Shown: piece after piece, positions 13,811-27,705 of the stretch
How the letters are laid out: each line of letters begins with the position of its first letter
Position numbering within the stretch: position 1 is the first letter of the stretch
DNA from: Vicugna vicugna
Lineage: Eukaryota
Direction of reading: 5' to 3'
Assembly: GCA_013265495.1 (NCBI GenBank)
Contig: MU058591.1
Coordinates: forward strand, 186,001-250,000
Length of the DNA stretch: 64,000 nt
Program-made: the position numbers and the translations under genes
The notes under the pieces: model-generated
Seen by the model: the letters and a program-made list of their open reading frames with translations, nothing else
What the model was told of the DNA's origin: nothing
The model's database searches: none

Positions 13811-14699
13811 ATTGGTAACTTTAAAGTATTTTCCTCTTGTGAAATAACTGAGTGTCTGTAAGACATCTAGATACTTGTTTTGTGTCAGATACCATATACT
13901 TAATCATCGCTGAGATAATTGGTTACCATTTGCTGGGAGAGCTACAGATGACGCTATGTGGGAAAATCATACAAAACAGCCACGGTCAATAGATAAGCCC
14001 GTTTCCGAGCATTTCTCACTCGTTAGAAACTGGTGTATATGTATCTTTGGAAATGTATCCTCTTATGTGTTGTTAGAACTGGTGTATATGTATCTTTGGA
14101 AATGTATCCTCTTATGTGTTGGGTGCTGTTTAAGGGCTATGTTCATTGACTATGCATGCTTTAGCAATCTGAGTCAAAAAAAGCTGCAACATTTCCAAAG
14201 TAACTGAATATACTAGTTAAGAAAGAGAGAAATGTTCTGCAGTGTTTGGAACATTACTTATTTATACTATCGATACACATTTAATGCTAACTCTTGAAAG
14301 ATACCTTCAGTGGTACATACTTTTAAAACTAAGGGCATAGCATAGAAGGTACATTGTATACTTTCTCATTGATTATCAAGGACACTTCCAAGAGAGTCTT
14401 AACAAACTTGAGCATAGTTTTCAGTCCCCAGCCTAAAGTGTCAAACCCCATTCTCCGTGTACGCGTATACCTCCTAATTCTCCGAGGAACTTAGGAATAT
14501 TAAGCTGGCACTCCATCTTCAGCCCCTAGACCCCCTCTGGTCTTGTCCCATCTCCACATTTCTCCAGTTATTTCCAAGGCAAACCATGTGTGTGTTCTCA
14601 AAGCCACCACTTTTCTCTTGCCCTCACTCATCTTCCCTGACCTACTAGCACCGTAGTGTTAGGCAGCATCTCTGTGTTACTCTTCAGACTCTCCTATTG

Positions 14700-15610
14700 C
14701 GTAATGCCCCACCAGGCTCACTAGGCATTAACTTTCAAACTCTTGAACACACTAAAATATTTTTCATTTAGGGGCTTCATCCATGTTTTTCTTCTCAGCC
14801 CAGAATGTTCTTTCGCCTACTTCTTATCCAGTTGCTTCCTTCGTATAATTTCACATTCAGCTTGAGTGACAGTTGTTCAGAAAGGACATCTTCTGCTATG
14901 TCTTCCTGTTATGAGTCCAAATTTATTCTGCTTGCCACATGACAAGCCAATAAAGCAGGAGATGAAGTGATGGAGCAAGGAATAACGAGTTTATTCAGAG
15001 AGCCAGCAGACCGAGAAGATGGGGGACTAATGCCCTAGAGAACCATCTCCCCCAAGTCAGAGTTTAGGCTCCTTTTACACTAAAAAGGGAAGGGAGTGGG
15101 ATTGGTTGTTGCAAGCTTCTAGGTGTCAGAATTCTTTGTTCTTGCAGCTGTCCATGCAGGTCGTGGTGTCCCTACAAACCTCCAACAAATGATATTTTCT
15201 GTTCTGCAACATTTTTATCTTTATGTGAATGGGAAAGTGTTCCCCCCTAAAGGTCAGAGCCTTGAGAATGGGCTCTCCTGTATATTTCATGCTGTAGGCA
15301 ACATTCTTTTACAAAAGATGCAGAAGCAGCATGACTGAACTCAGGCAACAGAGCACAGGGTTAGAGCTAAGGGAACAGATCAACTATGGATTCAGATTTG
15401 TTTTTCCCTACTACAATCCTAAGTGAATATCACACTTTTATTTTCTGATACTCAGTTTGTTTTTAACAGCATTTATCATAATTTATAACTTTAGCTTGTC
15501 TGTTTACCTAGCTAGACTATAAGCACTTTGAGGACAGTGAGCATGTCTGCTTATTCAACAGAGCTCAATATATAGGAGGTCCTCAAGAAAAATTTGATGA
15601 ATAAAGAAGT
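14700..15610 (+). mobile_element. L2 3' remnant interrupted by the LTR above
   Basis: L2 tail motifs 'ctagactataagc..tgaggacag' and terminal 'tttgatgaataaa'. Confidence 0.65.
14907..15415 (-). mobile_element. ERV1 solo LTR (~509 bp), cetartiodactyl type, inserted in an L2 remnant
   Basis: TG...CA termini; near-TSD ttcc/atcc; tttattc poly(A) signal on minus; L2 3'-end sequence on both sides. Confidence 0.75.
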
Positions 15611-17739
15611 GAGAGTAGATACATGTCCCCAAACAGAAGGCAAAATCAAAATTCAGTTAGCAGAAGTAGGCCTATATATTATTCAGAATTTTACAGGTTG
15701 CAGATGGTAAAACATCAAATCAAATTAACTTAATGAAAAGGAGAAGTTATGTATTCGTATACCTGGAAAGTCCAGGAAAATACCTGACTGTGGGTATAGC
15801 AAGATCCAGAGGACCGTACGGTATCAATATGGCTTTGGCTCACACTCAGCTTATCTTTGGCTAGCTTTATTATACAATCAAGTTCTCTTCACATAAGCAT
15901 AAAATTTCCATCTCATATACTCCTTCCCCCCAACCTTATTATATCTTTTAAAATGGTGTTTTAAAACAGCTTTTTTTTTTTTCAAGTAAGTTGCTTTGAC
16001 GGTACTTACTATGGGCAGACAGCCTTCAAAGTGCTTTGCAAATATGAACTCGCTTACTCTTCCTGATTAGTGACCCCGTTTTATAGTTAATTTGTAGGAC
16101 CTCACCCTTGCTGAGCAAACACTCCAGTGTGGGGAGGTGGGGAGGTAGTCCAGAAATAATAGATATGATAATAGATTATATCATGTTAAAAGGTGATAAT
16201 TGCTGGGGAAGATGAAAAAATAGAAATGGGAGGATGGGAAGTAGTAGAGGGCAATGGGTCCAGTCCAGCAGCTGGTTGAACAGGTTGGTTAGAGTAGAGG
16301 TTTGTTTGTTTGTTTTTTCATTTCATTTTCAACTGGGAGAGTTGCAACTTATCTGTCTACCCATGGCTACTCCAATTCCAACAGTAAATCCAGAGTCAAA
16401 GGCTAGTACCCAGGGGAAAAAATATTACCCAGTGTCATAAGAAAAATGTGTAAGTCAGTGTCTCGGTGAGTAGGCTAACTGGTGTAAGGTGACCAAAGTC
16501 AGAACCAGTTTCCCAGCCAGTTTGCATGGTTAGAAGACATTTGGTCCTGTCCAAAATGTCTGTCAGACATATAGTCCATGCCAAAAAATCCTTGATATTT
16601 TGTCCTATTTGGTCTTGCTCAAAGTGTCCATGAGCATATCTAGTCCATGCCAAATTGTTTTGGAGAGGACCAAATGTCCTCATAGATATTTTGAACAGGA
16701 CCAAATGCAACCCAATATCAAGGATCTTTTGGAATAGACCTCATGTCTTTACTGAAAATCTGGTCCAGTTATTTTTCATTTCTTGAGGTCCCTTATGCCT
16801 TTGAATTATACTGTACTTTTCTAAATAATAATATCATTAAGGTACATATTGTTTTGTCAGGCTTAGAACCACTGGAGAAATCATATAACTCAGAAACTTA
16901 CATCTAGAGATTACAGACTTTTATTTTATATGATGTTTTCCAATTTCTTAAGAACTATTGTGATGCCAAGATCAGTGGTAAAAAAAGCATTGAAAAAATT
17001 GACCTGAACTTCTAGTTGCTTGTTTAGTTTGTCACATTTCCTGTAACAATGCACCTAATTGACAATGCACCACATTTCCTGTGACAATGCACCTAATTGT
17101 TCTCCATTAAAAAAAAAAGCAGAACTATAAGCAATTTCTTTAAAACAAATGGAAACAAAAGGAGCTATTAATGACTGTGCAGGAAAACAATAGAGAATTA
17201 AGAATCAATGTGTATAAGGGTGGAGGTGGGAAGAAAAGGTAAGAAATCTGAAGTGGACATTTTAATTTAAGTTTTTGAAGTTATTTGTGATTTTTATTTT
17301 ATTTTACACTTCTAGATCTAACATAATATGAAAAAGCAATACTCATAATCATAAACAGGGGGGACTTAACTTTGTTGACATATTTTGAGAAAATTTGGTG
17401 TTACCAGCTTTATTAACTGCATTATTTTCTTTTGTGAATAAAATAATTTAGAGTTTCAAAAAAGTCTTCTAAATAATACTTACCCAAAGAAAAGTTTCAA
17501 TGTTTTAGAAATTCATTCACACCTACAAATGATTTTGTCACTAATAGAATAAAATAATATAGCCCAAGGATTTTTCACTTTTGAATTTAAAGCATTTACC
17601 AGTTTTATATATTTCTTATGTTGAATTCTACTCTTTTAGTCCTTATTAGGCAGCTCTTGCTTTTATGTGAGAAATGTTTCATATTAATAACCAATATAAA
17701 GAATTTATTACAGGCCTTTTATTGCTCTAAATGATAGAT

Positions 17740-18022
17740 CAAACACACACGTATATATGTGTGTGTAGAGATACATATCATTTAGATATATGTGTTAGTA
17801 TATGTCTATATAGTGATAGACAAATATTTATATGCAAATATATATACTGATACATGTCCATATATCTATGTATGGATATCAGATATATATGTGTGTATAT
17901 TTTAATAGATATGTATCACTCATATAGGCATAAATATAAATAGCACATCTATATAAGGATATGCTTATCTTTATATATATAAACTTATATGTATGTCTGT
18001 ATATACACACTATATATGTATT
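17740..18022. repeat. Degenerate (TA)/(TG)-rich low-complexity tract
   Basis: Alternating purine-pyrimidine AT-rich sequence. Confidence 0.85.
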
Positions 18023-18505
18023 TCACTCGAACTGGGATTTGAAACTAGAAAAACTAGCTTCAGAGACCACACTATGCCATCTGGCTTCTTCTATTTCTCT
18101 TAATGTTCCTGGTGCCCAGGACACAGCAGATTTCTAGGAATGTCTGTGCAGGGCTGGAGAGATGCAGGGCAGAGGCACCGTGGCACAAGAGATTTTAGAA
18201 ATGAGACCTTCAATCACATGCCTCTGACTGTGAACCTTAAGTTATCATAAAAGAATTTATAACCAAATGTAAATCATGACTTTCCGCTGCCTTTCAGCAG
18301 TACAAGGTATTTAAATTAACAATCTGCCTGTTACTAATATAGTCATTCAAAATGAAGGCTTATTCAGTGATGCATATAGAAGGAGCCAAATTAAAAGTAT
18401 ATTTGAAACCCTAGATTTGTGGCAACAAGAAAAACAAGAATGAATAATTATATGGAAGCACTGACGAAACATTCAAAATTTTTTGTTTTTCAATCTTAAA
18501 ATCTA

Positions 18506-18705
18506 GTTTGACTTACTTTTCTTTAAAAGTTGATGCCTAGTTAGAATTTGTTAATCTGATGAAGAAATAACTCCTAAAATTCTCCTTTTGGAAATATCCA
18601 AGAAAGTTTGACTTACTTTTCTTTAAAAGTTGATGCCTAGTTAGAATTTGTTAATCTGATGAAGAAATAACTCCTAAAATTCCCCTTTTGGAAATATCCA
18701 AGAAA
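18506..18705. repeat. 100-bp tandem duplication
   Basis: 18506-18605 repeats at 18606-18705 with one mismatch (T18583 vs C18683). Confidence 0.95.
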
Positions 18706-21421
18706 CAGTTTAGACATAAGTCTCTGGTCTATAAAATGCATGCAGAGCACCACCCTGAAATCACCCCTTGTATTTTTGTTCTAGTACTCAGTCATGTTTA
18801 TTCACTGTTGATACAGGCTTTTCTGAGTCAGCAGCTTTATCTCCTTAATGCACTCAATGTTCTTTTTCTCTTTGCCCATTTATCCTAGTGCCTAGGACAT
18901 AGTACATTTCCAGTTTGTATCCAGTTTTATTCATTTCCTATTTTGTGCATTCGTTTTGTCTTCTGTTTCAAAATTGAGAAAGGACAGAGGCAAGCAAAAT
19001 ACTAGTACATAGGTACTTATTGGTGGATATTAATTTAATTTGTGTGTACATTTTAGTTAGAGAAATGGGCATTCATTACTATTAATATAAATTATTATTA
19101 TTATTATTAATTATTATTACATTTTTCAAGAAATGATTTGGGTTTTTTTCTGAAAAATAAAACTACATACCAGCTTTGGAAGGCAAGGTACTACATATTA
19201 GTATACTTTCCAGAGAAAGATATCACTATATTTTGGGTTAAAAAAGCCAGCCATTTATGTCAAAGTTGGAGCACAATGGAAGACAGGTCAATTTAAGCTC
19301 CAAATCAGATGCAAGAAATGAAATTACATTTACCTTTCAATGTTTTATGGAAATAAAATGGTTGATGTTTTTCTTTAAGAACTAGATTATATTTTCAGAA
19401 TTACGAACTCATACCCCAGTAAATAACAACTTTACCGACTTGAGTACTGGTTTGTATTTTTCTAAGTCATTTTTTTCCAATTAAAAAAAATATGTTCAAG
19501 ACATAATCCTTCAAGATATGTTTGTCCAGCAAGCCATTACACCTGTTCTATCTCTTAATCTCAAACTCAATCTTTTGGTTCATAAGAAAACAAGGATTTC
19601 TCACCCAAGGCTGAGATAAGAATCAGCAGCTGGGACTGCATTTTAAAACTATTTATACATTTTGAGACGTGGTGTTTCCTGAAATAAATTTCAAGTGTCA
19701 GAAGAGGGTAAGCAGCTGAGATCTTTTGCTAAATGATCCCCTTGCTCAAGAATGAAGACCCTTTGCATAAAATATCCTTAGGACCACCTCTGCTGGACAG
19801 GTAATGGGTGACATTCATACAGTGTCTTGGTGCAGACACCTTGGATATCAGATGCTCTTGATCGTCTTGAAAGTATTCAGTATTTTCCCATGTAACTTAG
19901 AAAGGCAGTCACAAATTATTTCAGCATGAATTTGACATTCCAATATTCCTTTAAGTATCAAGAGTTTATGTTCTTAGTCCAAGAAGAAATCAAGATGGGA
20001 TGAAAAGAAAAAAACAAATGTAGTTTGTATTTGTTTTCAAGTGGCTGCCACCCAGCATTTTTGAAATTAGGGGAATTCACAAGCCAGGTAATTATATTAT
20101 TTTAAATGGTTTCTCTCATTGTGGCAGAATAACAACTGAGTAGATGTAATTTTAGCTTACCAGCTGGTACTGTCACTAACATGCTGACAAATACCTGTTT
20201 TGAGTGAATTGACAGATTGCTAAGATTTGGGTCTTTTTGGTTATTTGTTAATTTAACTTTGAAAATGGATGTAAATTCAGTGATAAAGAGCACTTTTAAA
20301 AAACCTGAAAAGAAATCTCTTCCACTGACAAAAAAAAATATGGATGGTAAATTAACCCTTTGTTGTAAGCTGTTTTCAGAGAGTATTAGTAACTTCTAAA
20401 GGGCAAGGTTTGTCTCGTATTCATTTTTGCTTCATAAATAGTTTGCATATACCACATAGGTGCTTAATGCCTATTGAATTAAGTGGATACTATTATAGCC
20501 ACAAACATTTGAACTTTTAAAGAGTTTTGGTACATACACTTGTATGTTGGGATTCTGATGGTCCCAAGTTACATGATGACAGTTGGACTGTATGCAGATT
20601 GAGAAGTTCCTGTTAGGAATACTCATGTGTTTTTCCTTCACTTGCAGTCGTCTAGGTATTCATACATGTTTCTAACACCTAGCAGTACACTTTGCTTCTA
20701 ATCCACCTTTAATTATTGCCTCCTGGGAATAGAATTGAAATTCACTAAGGCCTGAAATTCTCCTCTTTAACTTGAAACCTGAAATCGCACAAATTCCAGC
20801 ACGGCTGGAAGTGAAGAAAAATGAATGTCTCTGCTGACAAGAGCTTCTGAATCTGCGTAGAGCCTAACAGTCATTTAAATACTTGGGACCATTAGAATCC
20901 CTACATATGAGTATGTCTTTGAAGCCTCTTAAATAATCCAGAGATTTGGATTTAATTCAATTGTGCTGATACTCTGTTTGAAAATAAACACATGAGAATG
21001 GCACTCATAATACTTTCCAAACCCTCTCTTGAGGGAACACGGTGTTCTCACTTGCTTACCTAAGATTGTTTCAGTTCTGTAACACAAGGTTTCAATCGTA
21101 AGCATATTATTTTTGTCTTTTTATTACAGATAAATTTCCCTGACTCCAAAGAGTAAGCAAGCAAGTCTCCTACAGATTTCACCTGTAGGCTGAAACTGAA
21201 ATTTCTGGAAGTATAGGATAAGACAAAGGAGGAGAGGGCAGAGAACCCAGAAAAAAAAAAAAATGGGGTGGGAACTTTTTCTAAGAGCTATGCAGCAGTA
21301 AACACGCAACTGAAAAGATTACTTTGTGCCTAACGCCATGCCGCTTAATTAGTGTTTATCTCTGGGAAGTCACTAGTGATCTCACAATTCAGAAAGACAA
21401 GTAAGTCAGCATCGGCTTCTG

Positions 21422-21645
21422 ACTAGCATTTATCAAGCACTTACTGTTTGCCAGGTGCTGTTCCAAGTGCTTTCTATGCATAAATTTTTTATTCTTAATT
21501 GGAAGCCTATGAAATAAGTACTAGCATTATCTCCACTTGACAGATGAGGAAATGAAGGCTTGGAGACTTTATATAATCTACTGTAAAACACAGGACTGTG
21601 ACACGGAGAAGCCAGGATAACAGTGCAGTTTACAGGTGGAGCCAC
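21422..21645 (-). mobile_element. MIR SINE
   Basis: Motifs 'agcacttactgtttgccaggtgctgttccaagtgcttt' and core 'ccacttgacagatgaggaaatgaaggct'. Confidence 0.85.
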
Positions 21646-22349
21646 TATACTCTACTGCCTCCAAAAGGAGTAAATCAGTATTGAAGCAAATTTCCCAAGA
21701 TGTTTTCCATAGTCAGCCTGAAATATCCCATTTGTAGCCTTAACCTTTTGCTTTGATTGGATTCAAACTTGGGCTCCTGTAAATCTTCCCTGAATCACCC
21801 AAAGCTGCTACCTCACCCTTGGCGTTTCCACTGAGCCAAGCATATGTCTCCAGCATAAAATTTAGGGCAGTGTTTTACAGTTGTTTGTTTATAGACTCAT
21901 CTTTTTTTTCTCACTTGACTTTAAGTTTTGAAGGTAGAGTTCATAGTTCACTTGGTTCTTGATCATTGTTTAGCAGAGTTTTGCTCTAAACACTTTGATG
22001 AATGAATGGCGAATGATCTCAGGTTGTTCAACCTTTTCCCAAGAACAGACCTGCCAGTGATTTTAGCAAACTCCTTAAGAAAAATGCAGTTGCTGTCTTG
22101 AATTTCACATGTTCTGTGAAAGCTTGGAAGGAGCATTAACATTCTGGGAAAATTTCTGCAAATTTTGGCCCACATCTTATTTGGTGTATCTGACATTTCC
22201 AAAAGTAAAATAAAATATTTAGTATTGGTAAATGATTCATAAGCTAAAGGAATTTGTCAGAGACTCTGGGGACCCACATTCCCTATCACACTATATGTTA
22301 TTCAAGTGAATGTTTCCCCTCAAGGTGAACTTAATACAAAAATTGTCCA

Positions 22350-25300
22350 TTTTAATTAATTTATTTTTTATTTAAAAAACAACTGTATTGAGATATACAT
22401 ACCGTAACATTCATTCTATGAAGTATAAAATTCAGCTTTTTTTAGGTTTATTTAGAGTTATGTAACCATTTGTATTATCTAATTAAAAAAAAAACTTTAT
22501 TACCCCCAAAAGAAATTTCATACCTATTAGAGGTCACTCCCCCATTCCCTTAGCACTGGAAACCACTAATCTCCTTTATGTCTTCATGAATTGACCATTC
22601 TGGCCATTTCATATAAATCAAATCATAAAGTATGTAGCTTTTCGTGATAGTTTTTATTTTCATTCAGCATATTTTCAAGGCTCCTTTCTGCTGTAGTATG
22701 TATCAGTAACTCAATCCTTTCTAATGTCAAATTATATTTCATTGTATAGGTATACCACTATTTTATTTCTTCATCCATCATTGGGTGGTTATTTGGGTTG
22801 CCTCCACCTTTTACCCATTATGAATAATGCTGCTATGAACATTCATGCAGAAATTTCTGTGTGGCATATGTTTTCAATTCTCTTAGATACATACTTATAA
22901 GTGTATCATATGGTAATTCTAGGTTTAACATTTTGAGGGATTGTCAGCCTTCCATTTTCCCCACATCCTTATCAACACTTGTTGTTGTTGTTTATCATTA
23001 TTATTATTATTATTTTAGCCATCTCAGTGGATATGAAGTGGTATCTCATGGGGTATCTACTTCATATTTCCCAAGTGACTAGTGAAGTTGAGCATCTTTT
23101 CTTGTGTTTATTAGCCATTTATTATTCTTTTTTGGAGAAATAGCTATTCAAATATTTGCCTGTTTTTGATTGGATTTTTTATGGTTGAATTATAAGATTT
23201 TTTAATATTCCAGCTACAAACCCCTTATCAATATAATTTGCAAATATTTTCTCCTTTTCTGTGAGCTACTGTTCCACTTTTCTGATGATATCATTTGAAG
23301 CAGAAATTACTGCCTAATTCAAATTCATGAAGATTTACTCTTGTGATTGTTTGCTAAGACTTTTATAGTTTTATCTGTTGTATTTAAGCCTATGATACTG
23401 TTTTTATTTAATTTAATTTTTGTTTATGATGTGAGGTACGGGTCCAAATCCATTCACGTGCATGTGAATACCCTGTTGTCTCAGGATTGTTTGTTAAAAA
23501 GGCTATTGTTATCCCAGTTGAATTGTTTTGGCATCATTGTAGAAATTCTATTGAACATAAATGAGTATCTTTACTTCTGGACTCTCAATTATATTCCCTT
23601 GATTTATAGATCTAGCCTATGCCATAACCATTTTGATTACTATAGCTTTATAGTAACTTTTGAATTAAGAAAATGGGAGACCTCTTTTTCTTCTTTTTCA
23701 AGATTGTTTTAGCTATCCAGAGTTCTATGCATTTCCATATGAATGTTACAAAGGACTAACCAAATTCTGAATTGAGAGAGACTGCAATGAATCTGTAGAT
23801 CAATTTTGAGAGCGTTGTCATCTTATCAGTAAACTTTCTGATTCATAGACATGGAATGTCTTTATTTTCTTTAAACACTTGCACAGTATTCAGTAAATAA
23901 GTCTTGGGTTTCCTTTATTGTTCTTTATTTACAAATGTCCTACTCATTTTGATGCTGTTGTAAATGGAACTGTTTTCTTCACAGGGCCTTGGGAAGAGTG
24001 CCACACTCTGCGGTTGCTGAGTGGAGTGTTCTCTACACATTACTTCTGTTTACAGTGTTGTTCGAGTCTTCTACTTCCTTTGTGATCTATTACTTAGTTG
24101 TTCTATCCATCATTATAAACAGTGTGTGAAATCTCCAAATACTATTGTTGAACTTTCCATTTCTTCTAATAGTTCTATCAGTTTTTACTTCATGTATTTT
24201 GTTGTTCTCTAATTAGAACCAAATATATTTGTAATTGTTGTCTCTTCCTTTTATAGATTCATTCATTTATTATTATAAAACATCCTTCTTTGAAACTAGT
24301 AAAAATTCCCTTCTCAGATTCCCTTCTCAGAGTCTCCTTTGTCTGAAAATAGTTTTGCCATGCTCCCTCTCTGTTGATTACTGTTTCCATAGTATATCTT
24401 TCTCCATCATTTTACTTTCCATTTATTTGTGTATTTGAATTTAAAGTGTGTATCTTGCATACAGTGTATAATTGGGTCATTTTAAAATTTATCAGTATCT
24501 GCCTTTGATTGAAGTAGTCTATTTACATTTAACGTAGTTACTGGTAAGGTGAGATTTAGTGCCTGCCATTTGGCTATTTGTTTTTATGTCTTATGTCTTT
24601 TGTTCCTCTATTCCTTTATGACTGCCTTTTTATGGCAAATATTTTCTAGTATACTACTTTAATTCTTTTGTTGAATTTTCTACTATATTGTTTGTGCTAT
24701 TTTATAAGTGATGCCCTGGGCTTACAAGAAATATATTAACTTATAACAATCCCATTTGATTTCTTACTGGCTTAATTTCAATAATAAACAAAAATGTCAT
24801 TCCAGTATAGCACTATTCCTTTACCTTTTTTGTGCTCTGCCATACAGATTACATATTTATACATTATAACTATTAAAAGAGTTATATAATTATCACTTTA
24901 AGTTAAATATGCAGGTGTCTTACAAATCAGATAGAAGACTCCAAACAAAATTATAGTTTACATCTGCTTATGTGTTTACTTTTACTGCTCTTTATTTCTG
25001 TGTGTTTCACTTTGATTCATTGTCCATTTTCCTTTCATTTCAGCCCAAAGAACCCCCTTTAGTATTTCTTGTAGAGAAATTCTGTTAATGTAAAATTCTA
25101 TCAATTTTTGTTTAATCTCATAATGTCTGAAATAATTGTTTGATTTTTGAAGGATCTTTTTGCATAGAATTCTTGATTGACAGTGATTTTCTCTCAGCGT
25201 TTTGAATATATCATCCCATTACTTTCTGACATCCATGATTTCTGATGAGATGCCAATTGTTAATCTTATTTAAGACAATTTTTACATAATGAGTCACTTT

Positions 25301-26061
25301 TATCTCACTGCTTTCAATAATTTGATTTTTGGCATTTTGATTATGATATGCTCAGGTATGGATCTCTTACAGTCGGTTTTACTTGAAATGTGTTGAGATA
25401 CTTGTATTTATAGATTAATGTGTTCTTCTTAAATCAAGTTGGATGACTTTTGACCATTATTTCCTCAAATATTCTGACTTTTTTTTGCTTTCTTCTTCTT
25501 TTGATACTCCTTATGATTACGTTGGTATGCTTTATTGTGTCTAACAGGTCTCTGAGCGTACAGTCATTTTCAATTTTTTTTTTTCTTTCTATTACTTAGT
25601 CCAGATAATCTTAACCTATTTTCCAGGTCACTGATTCTTCAGGTAACTAAAATTTGTTGTTGAGCCACCCTAGTAAATTTTTTTAAATATAATTTATTGT
25701 ACTTTGGAACTACTTTCAGCCCATACATCTATGATCAATTAACCTTCGACAGAGGGTGCAAGGCAGCCTTTGCAGCAAGCAGTGTTGGGAAAGGGACAAC
25801 CACATATCAGTCAGTGAAGTTTGAACACTCCTTCACACCATACAAAAAAAATGAGCTCCAACACTTCTGTTTGGCTCTTTCTTACAACTTCTGTGGTTTT
25901 GTTGATATTCTCTTTTGGGGGGCACATTATTCTCACACTTTCCTTTAGTTCTGTGAGCTTGTTTCTCTTAGTTCCTTGAACACATTTATAACAGCTGGTT
26001 TTAAGTCTTTGTCTAATAAACCCAGTCTGAGCTTCCTCAGGAATAGTTTCCACTGACTTGT

Positions 26062-26092
<31 letters not shown>

Positions 26093-27140
26093 GTGTATGG
26101 GCCACAGTTTCTTGCTATGTCTCTTAGGTTTGTTTTTTTTACTGAAAACTGGTAATTTAATAATATAATGTGGTAACTCTAGAAATAGTTTATGTTCTTA
26201 ACCAGGGCTTGGTTGATTTTGTTTGTTTAGTGTCTTTATGGACTAATTCTAAAAATTGTTTATTCTTTATTATGTACAGCTATTCAAGCTTCTGTTCTGT
26301 TACTTTGGTGGTCAGCTAATGAGTGGATGGGGATATTCATAAATTAGTTGACCTAAAAAAATCTCAAACCCTTTGCTGAAGGGCTCTGTGTATCTGTTGG
26401 GAGAACATCCTCAATGCTTTGGCTGTTTACAACTCTCCTTTTGACTTCACTTCCTCTTTGCACAGGGCTTCAAGGTGAGCCACCGGGGAGACATTAGGGC
26501 CTCTCAGGTCTTTCCTGGACATGACCACAATCCTTAATATGCTTGTGATTTTCCTGATTTCCAGGAATATATTAGAGCTTTTCTAAGTGCCCTCTGAACA
26601 TCTCATTTCCCTGTTTTTCTTTTTAAGTGTTTTTGGTCAACCTCATATTTGCTCCAACTGGCATCACCACTTCAGGCAGCTATGATATTAAAATATTGTC
26701 ACTGATTGTTTTTGACAAATGCCCTGGGATAGAACTGTTCTCACAGAGTTTTGAGTCAAGTCAAATAAAGACAAGCCCTGAGAATGGTGCTTTCCCAGGA
26801 AACTGCCATTCAGGTCAAATAATCACAATGGTCTGGTGATTGGGCTTTTGGGGGAACATCAAACTCATTTATACCCTTCAGTGGCTGCTAGGTTGCTGGT
26901 TTTCACAGCTCCTGTGGTTGTGAGATTGTTAGTTTTTAAGGCTATGGCAGAACCAGTGAGAAGGGGATGGGAATTGGGTAAGTTAAGATGCCATATACCA
27001 TGTGTTCTTAAGAGATTCAGTCATTTTTCTTGAATAAATGCTCCTTGTATAGTGGCCAACCTCTGGTAAATTTCCAGAGTTCTAAAGAAGTTAATTTTGA
27101 CTATGTTTTCCATTGTTTTTGTTGCTTTTGAAGAGGACTG
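22350..27140 (-). mobile_element. Long degenerate L1M (L1MB/MC/ME-age) remnants, 3' end through ORF2, ORF1 and 5' region
   Basis: T-rich strand with many antisense L1 motifs (gaagtggtatctcat, gttgagcatctttt, gcaaatattttctc, ttctgatgagatgcc, aggtctctgag). Confidence 0.8.
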
Positions 27141-27705
27141 GATCTTTGGAGGACCTTACTCTGCTATTTCAGAAGTGGGTTTTTACTGAGCTGTTCAATC
27201 AGTATATATTTTCTGAGAGGATTTTTTTCCCCTCTTTGGGGGAAATTTTTGTAAATGATGCTTTCCCTACAGAATTGTTTATTTTACAACTTTGCATAAT
27301 TAATTAAAACTTAAATGTCATGGAAGCAGAAATAAATAGTTATAAATCATTTTCAACATATTAGGAGTGTATTTGATTCTTTCTTGAGAATAAGTATTAA
27401 CTGTTGGCTGTGGGACTGAGTAGTAAGAAAAGGAAAGAGGTAGGTCGAGTCCTGGGAACAAATTTCTGACTGTACTATTGTATAATGTAGTTTAGCCTTG
27501 GGCATGACTCTTTTTTTTTTAAACACAGAAATAGCAGTTTGCTATAATTTGCTCTACAAAGGATATTAGGGCAGTGTTTAATATCGAAAATAAAAGAGTT
27601 TTCCTCAAGGTTTCCTGAATCTTTTTTACCTTAAATTGTTTTGCATTGAAATGGGCACCTGCATCTAAAAATATGACTACCATTTTCCTTTAATATGGTG
27701 TATTG

